Shown here: in pieces, positions 29,607 to 37,265 of the stretch
Position numbering within the stretch: the stretch's first letter is position 1
Layout of the letters: the number at the start of each line of letters is the position of its first letter
DNA from: Candidatus Auribacterota bacterium
Lineage (GTDB): Bacteria > Auribacterota > Tritonobacteria > UBA1439
Direction of reading: 5' to 3'
Length of the DNA stretch: 64,000 bases
Assembly: GCA_026392015.1 (NCBI GenBank)
Contig: JAPLCW010000172.1
Span: 6,320 to 70,319, forward strand
The notes under the pieces: model-generated
Database searches by the model: none
What the model saw: only the letters and a program-made list of their open reading frames with translations
What the model was told of the DNA's origin: nothing
Position numbers and translations under genes: made by a program

Positions 29607-31586
29607 ATGCCCAGGTTCCTGGATATACCCCCGGAGCTCTGCCACAATTGCGGGACGTGCATCGCCGTCTGTCCCTCTGGCGCGCTTTCCACAGGGCCAT
29701 CCCGGCCTCAGGTGAGCCCCGCATGCAAAGGATGCGGCGCATGTTATGCCATCTGCCCCGGCCTCGAAGTCGATTTCCTCGCCCTCAACCGATTTCTCTA
29801 TCCGGGGCAAATCCCCGATGTTTACTTCGGGTGCTATACGAAGATGTTTTTGGGGCGCGCGGTAAAAGGGCGTGCGCCGGGTTCCTCATCCGGGGGCGTC
29901 GTTACAGCCCTCCTCGCCAATGCGATGGAGAAGAAACTGATACGCGCCGCCCATCTGGTGTGCATGGATCCGTCCGCTCCCTGGCTTCCCAAACCTGAAG
30001 TTGCCTCCCGCCTGCAAGAAGTTCTAGAGGCATCCGGTTCAAAATATACCCTTGTTCCTGCAAACAGTCTCCTGGGAAAAACAAGCGGGCTGCGGGGGCC
30101 CACAGCCTTTGTGGGGCTGCCCTGCCACCTTCATGGCGTGAGGAAATTGCAGATTTCCCAATCTCCGCTGACGAGTCCCATTGCATACTCTATCGGACTC
30201 TTCTGCGGCTTCAATCTCCTACCCGACGCCACCCTCTTTCTTTTGAAGAAGCTGCGCCTGTCCCCCCAGGAGATCAAAAAAATTCACTACCGTTACGGTC
30301 CATGGCCCGGCAGTTTCGTGGCGGAGACAATGGATGGGAGAACCGAGCGCGTGCCCAAACTCGCTTTTAATTTCCTGCACTGGGCATACTCGCCTCCGCG
30401 CTGCGCGCTCTGCCCCGACCTATTTGCCGAATTGGCGGACATCTCGGTAGGAGACTATTGGCCTTCCGAGAAGGGAGGGGAGGCATTCTCTTCCATCATC
30501 GTGAGAAATGAGAGGGGACAGGAGCTTCTGGATTCCGCGGCGGCCTCGGGGGCGGTGGAGCTCACCGATCTCACGGCGTCGGACCTGTATCGCTCCCATG
30601 CGCACCTCATCAACTATAAGAAGCGTTCTTTCCTCATACGCCGCAAGACCAGCCGTCGCGCGCCCTCCTATACCATGAAAACGCCGCACCTTTCCGCCCG
30701 TGAACGTGTCACCGCGCTCCTGTCTTCAGCCGTACTGCGGTTCGGCAGATCGGGCTTTTCCAGGCGGCTCATGGACATCGTCCCGCTGGATGCCCTTGGC
30801 AGATGCGCCGGTCTCGCCCGGCGCTTTAGCATAAAATCCGGCACTCGCCGCTCCAAGAGATACTGGACTCTTTCCGACGTAGCAGCCCACTGGGATCAGA
30901 CTGACACCTATGACGCATTCAATGAAAAAACCTACTCCTACATGCGAAGGTTCACCGATGCCTATAAAATGGTCGGTGAGCGCATTGCGGACCGCGCCAG
31001 GGTACTCGACATATCCTGCCGGACGGGAATAGGAGCACTCTTCTTCGGCTCCCGCAAGAAGATCCAGATAGCGGGCATGGCGCCCTCATCGTCACAGCTC
31101 CGGGCGGCGCGGGAGCGCCTTGAAAATGCCGGCATTCCATTCACAGGCTACGAGTGGAATGAAATGCGACTGCCATTCCCTGATGAGAGTCTCGACTTCG
31201 CCCTCTCTTTTGAAACCATTGAACACACCTTCCAATACGAGGATCTCCTGGCGGAGATTCATCGGGTGCTTAAGAAAGGGGGGGGGTTCCTGCTCACCAC
31301 CCCCAATCTGCTCTGGGACCCCATCCACAGCCTCGCGGACTTGTTGCGCCTGCATCACGGCGAAGGGCCGCACCGTTTCCTGCCTCGCAGGGAGATTCTC
31401 CAGGCCCTGAAGTCCAGCGGATTTGCGATTGAGCAGGAGGCCTCGACCGTGCTGATCCCGTATGGGCCGGCCTGGCTGACCTCCCTTGGCGAGCGAATCG
31501 AGGGCTTACTCCCCGGCCGGATAAGGCGCATCGTCTGCCTCCGGAGAATCTTTTTCTGTACACCCGCGGCAAAGGATACGCCATGA
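29607..31586 (+). CDS. fusion protein: 2x[4Fe-4S] ferredoxin + FrhB/FdhB-like (F420 hydrogenase beta-type) domain + class I SAM methyltransferase
   Basis: CHNCGTCIAVCP and CKGCGACYAICP; GSSSGGVVTALL, VGLPCHLHG and CALCPDLFAELADISVGDYW (FrhB-like). The C-terminal part has VLDISCRTGIGALF and LKKGGGFLLTTPN. Confidence 0.75.
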   Translation: MPRFLDIPPELCHNCGTCIAVCPSGALSTGPSRPQVSPACKGCGACYAICPGLEVDFLALNRFLYPGQIPDVYFGCYTKMFLGRAVKGRAPGSSSGGVVTALLANAMEKKLIRAAHLVCMDPSAPWLPKPEVASRLQEVLEASGSKYTLVPANSLLGKTSGLRGPTAFVGLPCHLHGVRKLQISQSPLTSPIAYSIGLFCGFNLLPDATLFLLKKLRLSPQEIKKIHYRYGPWPGSFVAETMDGRTERVPKLAFNFLHWAYSPPRCALCPDLFAELADISVGDYWPSEKGGEAFSSIIVRNERGQELLDSAAASGAVELTDLTASDLYRSHAHLINYKKRSFLIRRKTSRRAPSYTMKTPHLSARERVTALLSSAVLRFGRSGFSRRLMDIVPLDALGRCAGLARRFSIKSGTRRSKRYWTLSDVAAHWDQTDTYDAFNEKTYSYMRRFTDAYKMVGERIADRARVLDISCRTGIGALFFGSRKKIQIAGMAPSSSQLRAARERLENAGIPFTGYEWNEMRLPFPDESLDFALSFETIEHTFQYEDLLAEIHRVLKKGGGFLLTTPNLLWDPIHSLADLLRLHHGEGPHRFLPRREILQALKSSGFAIEQEASTVLIPYGPAWLTSLGERIEGLLPGRIRRIVCLRRIFFCTPAAKDTP

Positions 31587-33046
31587 AGACAGTGCTCATA
31601 TACCCTTCGCTGACCCCCGGCATCAGGCCCCGGTACGGTCTCCAACCGCTTGGGATTCTCTATCTCGCAGCCAGGCTCAAGGCTGCGGGGGTACAGGTCG
31701 AGATCATCGATGCGGAGATCCTCGGATTGACCATCGAGGCCACCGTTGAAGCCGCCCTTGCTTCGCAGCCCGATCTCGTCGGCATAAGCGCCATGACACC
31801 TCAATACCCGGCGGCACTGGCACTCGCGAAGATGATTAAAAAGCGCGACCCGCGAATCAAGGTATGTCTGGGGGGCTCCCATATCAACGCAACGCAGGCC
31901 GAGTCACTGCGCCTCTCTGATGCGGTTGACTTTCTTGTCTACGGCGAGGGGGAAAACACCCTTGCAGAAGCCGTGGATGTTCTCCGCAGGGGTGACACAC
32001 TCTCCGGCGTGAAAGGGGTAATATATAAAGATAACGGTTCCCTCGCAGTAAATCCACCACGACCGCTTGCTTCTGATATCGATGAGTTCCCATTCCCGGA
32101 TTTCCGCATGGTGCCCCTCGCGCGCTATCGGATACCGTATCTTCAGGGCAGACCGATCGGTTCGATGATATTGAGCCGGGGATGCCCCTATTCGTGCATA
32201 TTCTGCGACGCGTACGTGACACAGGGGAAAAAGCTCAGGCGGCACTCTCCCGAGAGGATCGTACGGGAGATCAAATCATGCAGGAAGGATTTGCATATCA
32301 GAAATTATTCCTTCAAGGACAGCACCTTCACGCTTGACCGCGCCTGGTGCCTCGAACTCTTGCAGCGGTTTATCAAGGAAAAGCTGGATATCCGCTATAG
32401 ATGCAATACCCGTGTGGACAGAATCGACAGCGAGATTCTCCACACGCTCAAGGCATCAGGGTGTACCATGCTCCTCTTTGGGGTGGAATCCGGCTCGCAG
32501 GGCATCCTTGATAAAATGAGAAAGGGCACTACGGTGCAGCAGATACGGCATGCCTTTTCCCTGAGCGCTCGCACCGGAATCCCCACCTATGCCTCATTCA
32601 TGCTCGGCAATATCGGCGAAACCACCGAGACCGCGAGACAGACCATTGAGCTCGCGAAGGCCATCAACCCCGATATTGCGCTCTTTTTCTTCACCACCGC
32701 CTATCCGGGGACGGACCTCTACAACCAGGCCCTCACGAACAGCCTTGTCTCCAAAGACTGGTGGATCAAGGAACAAACCCTCTCCAATGACTATGCGTTC
32801 AGCAAATGGCTGTCCGGAGAGGGAGGGAAGCTGAGGATACAAGGCTTCGATACCGATTACTGGATAAGAAAGGCGTACAGGAGTTTTTATTTCCGCCCCG
32901 CCTACCTGCTGAAGATCGTCGTGGCGCTCTTTAAAAATCCTCGATACATTATAAATCTTTTATATTCCTTCCCCGGGCTTTTAAGTTTTACCCGGAGGAA
33001 GAAAAACACGGGACCCCTCATTCAATCCGGAGAAACCGCCGACTGA
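31583..33046 (+). CDS. B12-binding-domain (class B-like) radical SAM protein
   Basis: The N-terminal Rossmann-like region is VLIYPSL...GILYLAARLKAAGVQVEIID...VGISAM. Motifs SRGCPYSCIFC (CxxxCxxC). The ATG overlaps the upstream stop as ATGA. Confidence 0.85.
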   Translation: MKTVLIYPSLTPGIRPRYGLQPLGILYLAARLKAAGVQVEIIDAEILGLTIEATVEAALASQPDLVGISAMTPQYPAALALAKMIKKRDPRIKVCLGGSHINATQAESLRLSDAVDFLVYGEGENTLAEAVDVLRRGDTLSGVKGVIYKDNGSLAVNPPRPLASDIDEFPFPDFRMVPLARYRIPYLQGRPIGSMILSRGCPYSCIFCDAYVTQGKKLRRHSPERIVREIKSCRKDLHIRNYSFKDSTFTLDRAWCLELLQRFIKEKLDIRYRCNTRVDRIDSEILHTLKASGCTMLLFGVESGSQGILDKMRKGTTVQQIRHAFSLSARTGIPTYASFMLGNIGETTETARQTIELAKAINPDIALFFFTTAYPGTDLYNQALTNSLVSKDWWIKEQTLSNDYAFSKWLSGEGGKLRIQGFDTDYWIRKAYRSFYFRPAYLLKIVVALFKNPRYIINLLYSFPGLLSFTRRKKNTGPLIQSGETAD

Positions 33047-33057
33047 TAAGGCCACGG

Positions 33058-33282
33058 ACCTGGATTTATTCCTCAGAAGCGCAAAGGAGCAATCTTAGCG
33101 GATTAAAGCAGGAAACCGCGGATTATGCGGATTGGGCGGATTATATAAGGTGAAGCGTAAGTAACCACGGATGAACACGGCAAATTAGAGGTCCAGGAGA
33201 AAGTTTGACTTTTTCCATTATTTCTTCTGCAGTTGTTTGAATCCGCGTAATCCGCGGTTAAGACTTTGATAAAGAAATCTGA
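33058..33282. mobile_element. MITE family 2 (degenerate, with internal insert)
   Basis: ACCTGGATTTATTCCT ... GATAAAGAAATCTGA-TA, with hairpin arms aaccgcggattatgcggattgggcggatt / aatccgcgtaatccgcggtt. Confidence 0.65.
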
Positions 33283-33373
33283 TAGCCGGTCTGGTTCTAT
33301 TGTTATAGAATTTCCGTGACGCTGCGTGCTCCGCAGCGTATGCTCGGTTCCACAACCCAGGTGTGTCACTTAC

Positions 33374-34729
33374 ATGGCCCGTACAGTTCTATTGATCTTC
33401 CAGGCGCCGACCCAGAGGCGGTTGTTTATAAATACCCTGCCCCCCCTGGGGATTCTCGGTATTGCCTCATACCTGACGTCCAAAGGGCTCGATGTCACCG
33501 TCAGAGACTGTTACACAGACATGCTTCGTGACGAGGATATTCTCCGCGCGGATCTTATCGGTCTCAGCATCAACGTATCAAATGTCGAAAACTCGCTGAA
33601 CACCATCGCCCGAATTTCCCGTGCGTGGCCGGAGAAACGAATCGTGGTGGGCGGTCCCCTCCCCATGTCCGCTCCGGAACAGATCATCCGTCAGGAGGGG
33701 ATTCGCGCGGTGGCAATCGGCGAGGGCGAAGAGATCATGCACCAGCTCGCCACAGAGGAATCGTGGGATGCCATTAAAGGGCTTTACCTGAAAGACGATA
33801 CCGGCAGGATATTCTTTACGGGGGCGCGAGAGCCGATCAGGAATCTTGACCTTCTCCCCTTCCCGGCGCTGGACAGGGTGGATCTATCCCGCTACTACTC
33901 GCCCGTCAAGAAGGCCCTCCCCATATCCAACATCATGACTTCGCGCGGATGCCCGTTCAACTGCATTTTTTGTTTCAAGACGATGGGGAGCGCCTGGAGG
34001 GCCCGCTCCGTGAAGAACGTCGTGGATGAAATCGAATGGCAGGTGCACGCTTTTGGGGTAAGAGAGATATGCATCTACGATGATAATTTCAGCATGGATG
34101 TGGAGCGCGCGGAAGCCATTTGCGACGAGATTATCGAACGAAAAATCAAGGTCCATCTCCAGCTTCCCAACGGGATCAGGGTGGATCGCCTTACGCGCGC
34201 CGCTCTCCGGAAGCTGAAGGCCGCGGGTGTGTGGCTCGTGGGTGTCGCGCCTGAGACGGGAAGCAGGGAAACACTGAAAAAGATTTCAAAGGGCTTCGAT
34301 CTGGATAAGGTTTCAGATGTCGTACGCTGGTGCAAAGAGGAAGGGATCTCCACCTACTCATTTTTCATGATCGGCTTCCCCTGGGAAGAGAAAACGCATA
34401 TAGAGGACACCATACGCTTTGCCACGGGGCTTGACACGGAGCTGACGCAGTTTTCACGAGTGACCGCCTTCCCCGGAACCGCGCTCTATGATATACTGCT
34501 TCGCGAAGGCGCAATCAGAGGAACCGCCCTGCGCGATCAGGGGTTGTTTTATGGCGGCACGTCGCACATGGTCAAGGGAATCAGCGACGCCGAGCTTCGC
34601 CGCCTGATCACCCGGGCATATCGAAGGGCATACCTTCGGCCCGGGAAATGGCTGCGCTTGCTGCGGATGCTTTCGTTGAGAGACCTCTGGAACCTTTTTG
34701 TGTACTCGCTCACCACCGGAAGCATATGA
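33374..34729 (+). CDS. B12-binding-domain (class B-like) radical SAM protein
   Basis: Trimmed to the ATG at 33374 (MARTVLLIFQAP...). Motifs GILGIASYLTSKGLDVTVRD, GLSINV and SRGCPFNCIFC. Confidence 0.85.
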   Translation: MARTVLLIFQAPTQRRLFINTLPPLGILGIASYLTSKGLDVTVRDCYTDMLRDEDILRADLIGLSINVSNVENSLNTIARISRAWPEKRIVVGGPLPMSAPEQIIRQEGIRAVAIGEGEEIMHQLATEESWDAIKGLYLKDDTGRIFFTGAREPIRNLDLLPFPALDRVDLSRYYSPVKKALPISNIMTSRGCPFNCIFCFKTMGSAWRARSVKNVVDEIEWQVHAFGVREICIYDDNFSMDVERAEAICDEIIERKIKVHLQLPNGIRVDRLTRAALRKLKAAGVWLVGVAPETGSRETLKKISKGFDLDKVSDVVRWCKEEGISTYSFFMIGFPWEEKTHIEDTIRFATGLDTELTQFSRVTAFPGTALYDILLREGAIRGTALRDQGLFYGGTSHMVKGISDAELRRLITRAYRRAYLRPGKWLRLLRMLSLRDLWNLFVYSLTTGSI

Positions 34730-34754
34730 CCGGCGCGGGAGCAGACGGGGACAA

Positions 34755-35504
34755 ATGAATCAGTATAGTATCTCCATGGTACTCCCGATGTTCAATGAGA
34801 AGGACTATGTAACGAGAACCGTGGCCCTCGCGATCCGCACGCTCGATACCATCACGGACGATTACGAGATCATTATTGTGGACGACGCGAGCACGGACGG
34901 CTGCGGTGATATCGCCGATCGCATGTCCCGGGATAACCGAAAGATTAAGGTCCTGCACCACAAGGTGAACTCGAAGCTGGGCGCGACCCTGCGAACCGGC
35001 TTTGCCGCTGCGCAGAAGAATCTTGTTGTCTACAGCGACATGGATCTCCCGTTTGACTTTGAAGAAATCAAAAAGGCACTGAGGGTCATGGATCTGACCG
35101 ATTGCGATATCGTGACCGTCTATCGCCATGACCGAACGAGCGAGGGTCTCCTGCGGGCAGTCTATTCCGCGGGCTACAATATGCTCATACGCATCATGTT
35201 CGGGGTGCGCGTCCGGGATATCAACTTTTCCTTCAAGCTCTTCAAGAGGAAGATACTGGAATCCATGCAATTGCGGTCCAACGGCTCTTTCATCGATGCG
35301 GAACTGATCATACGGGCGATCCGCGCGGACCACCATGTATCTCAATTTGGAATAGACTACTTTCCCAGATCCAGGGGCACGTCGACCCTCTCCAGTCCGG
35401 GGATCATCCTCACAATCTTCAAAGAGATGATCTCATTTCGAATCAGACTCTTCACACGCAGTAAGGATGCGCCTCCATCGAGGCGCGCTCTTCCGCCGGA
35501 ATGA
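34755..35504 (+). CDS. family 2 glycosyltransferase, Dpm1/GtrB-like
   Basis: Trimmed to the ATG at 34755 (MNQYSISMVLPMFNEKDYV). Motifs IIIVDDASTDG and VVYSDMDLP. Confidence 0.8.
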   Translation: MNQYSISMVLPMFNEKDYVTRTVALAIRTLDTITDDYEIIIVDDASTDGCGDIADRMSRDNRKIKVLHHKVNSKLGATLRTGFAAAQKNLVVYSDMDLPFDFEEIKKALRVMDLTDCDIVTVYRHDRTSEGLLRAVYSAGYNMLIRIMFGVRVRDINFSFKLFKRKILESMQLRSNGSFIDAELIIRAIRADHHVSQFGIDYFPRSRGTSTLSSPGIILTIFKEMISFRIRLFTRSKDAPPSRRALPPE

Positions 35505-36925
35505 ATAAAATCCTTTTCCTGAACCCGCCGCTCTCCACGCAAGAACGCTACGGCGCGCTGGCGGCGGCGGGGGCAATGGAGCCGCCCCACGGTCTCACGT
35601 ATCTGGCGAGCGTGATGAGGGAGTCGGGATGGGACACTCACATACTGGATGCCGAGGCGCTACGGCTCAATGAGAGTGAAGCCGTCGAGAGAACCATCTC
35701 CCTCTCACCGGAAATAGTTGCGTGCACCGCCGTCACTCTCTCCATACAACGTGCTGCCGCGGTGGCCGCAGCGGTCAAGAAACTCCGTCCCGATATCATC
35801 ACAATTGCAGGGGGGGTGCACCTCACCTCACAGCCCAATGAGACCATGCTCCGTTTCCCGTCTTTCGACTATGGCGTCATCGGAGAAGGGGAGCGCACGC
35901 TTGCGGAGCTTGCAGCAGCACTGTCTGACAATCAGGAGACGCGGGGGATACCGGGGGTCGTGTCGCGGGACGGGGCGCGTGTGCACCAGGCCCCGCGGAG
36001 ACCGTTCATCAAAGAACTCGATACCCTCCCCATGCCGGCATGGGATCTCCTGCCGCACCTCCCCCGCTATTACTATCTTCCACCGCAGAGCATCCAGGCT
36101 ACCCCCTCCACTTCACTCATCACCTCGCGCGGATGCACCGGGCGCTGCATTTTTTGCGACACAAGCGTATTCAGGAATGTGTGCAGGGCGCACAGCGCCG
36201 AATACGTCGTGGAGATGATCCGAACACTCCGCCATCGGTTCGGCATTAGAGAAATCCTCTTTGAGGATGACAACTTCATGATCTTCGGCCGCCGCCTTCA
36301 ACAGCTTACCGAACTTATGACCCGCGAAGGTATTACGCTGAGCTGGAGCTGCCTGGCACGGGCGGACATGATGCCCGACCCTTCGGTACTCCAGGACATG
36401 CGCAGAGCGGGGTGCTGGCAGATACTCATCGGCATCGAATCCGGATGCCAGGAGATTCTCGACTTTGAGAAGAAAGGCATTACGCTGGAACAGATAGAGG
36501 ATGCGGTACGCCGCGTGCGCAGCGCCGGAATGAGGACAAAAGGATTCTTGATGCTGGGGCACCCGATGGAAACAGAGGAAACGATCAAGAGGACATTGCG
36601 GTTTGTGACACGCATCCCCCTGGATGACATCAGCGTCACATTTTTTACCGTGTTTCCCGGAGCCCCGATCGCGGAGGAGGCCTCGCGCTACGGCAGAGTG
36701 ATCTCCGATTTCAGCAAAATGAGTGTCTTCCAGCCCACCTTTATCCCCGAGGGATTTACCGCCGAGAAGCTCGACCTGTACGCCCGCTACTATCTGAAAA
36801 AATTCTACCTCAGGCCGAGGATTGTACTTTCGTATCTGGGAAGAATGAGGAGCTGGCGGCAACTAAGAGCGATGCTCAAAGGGGCATGTGCCCTACTCGG
36901 GCATCTGTTTCGCAGGCATGCATGA
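35501..36925 (+). CDS. B12-binding-domain (class B-like) radical SAM protein
   Basis: ILFLNPP...GLTYLASVMRESGWDTHILD, SRGCTGRCIFC. The ATG overlaps the GT2 stop as ATGA (35501-35504). Confidence 0.85.
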   Translation: MNKILFLNPPLSTQERYGALAAAGAMEPPHGLTYLASVMRESGWDTHILDAEALRLNESEAVERTISLSPEIVACTAVTLSIQRAAAVAAAVKKLRPDIITIAGGVHLTSQPNETMLRFPSFDYGVIGEGERTLAELAAALSDNQETRGIPGVVSRDGARVHQAPRRPFIKELDTLPMPAWDLLPHLPRYYYLPPQSIQATPSTSLITSRGCTGRCIFCDTSVFRNVCRAHSAEYVVEMIRTLRHRFGIREILFEDDNFMIFGRRLQQLTELMTREGITLSWSCLARADMMPDPSVLQDMRRAGCWQILIGIESGCQEILDFEKKGITLEQIEDAVRRVRSAGMRTKGFLMLGHPMETEETIKRTLRFVTRIPLDDISVTFFTVFPGAPIAEEASRYGRVISDFSKMSVFQPTFIPEGFTAEKLDLYARYYLKKFYLRPRIVLSYLGRMRSWRQLRAMLKGACALLGHLFRRHA

Positions 36926-37070
36926 GAGCGGATACCCGATGCCATGCCTGCGCAGCCCTGCCTGTCTCTCGTTCAGCCCGATAGAAGAGCGCACGCCACA
37001 ACATCTCCTCAGATTGAGCAGGAGATAAGGGAAACCACTGAGGACACTGAAGCCACTGAATAAAAAACTG

Positions 37071-37264
37071 GTAACTGCTCAGAAGCCAGAATTCAGAAGT
37101 CAGAAGCCAGGAGTTGGAATAAGGACGTTAGCGGCGACATTTGAGGACTTGGGATAGGGCGATGTTTCCGAGTTAATGCAGTTACTCGAAGAGGTCAGCA
37201 AACTACTGGAAGCTTAATCCATTCTGGATTCTGGCTCCTGGATTCTGACTACCGGAGTAGTTAT
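37071..37264. mobile_element. MITE family 1, subtype 1A (carries a decayed ORF remnant)
   Basis: GTAACTGCTCAGAAGCCAGAATTCAG ... CTGGATTCTGACTACCGGAGTAGTTAT. The interior translates to FEDLG*GDVSELMQLLEEVSKLLEA*. It abuts the stop codon of the gene at 37266. Confidence 0.75.
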
Positions 37265-37265
37265 G

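Noticed and set aside
36113-36862. 249-aa ORF on the - strand. Similar long antisense ORFs occur at 38055-38948, 17890-18651, 50070-50804, 6151-6927, 11624-12343 and 34710-35345.
   Set aside because: Each lies opposite a gene with clear family motifs and has low-complexity Arg/Gly/His-rich composition. These are shadow frames.
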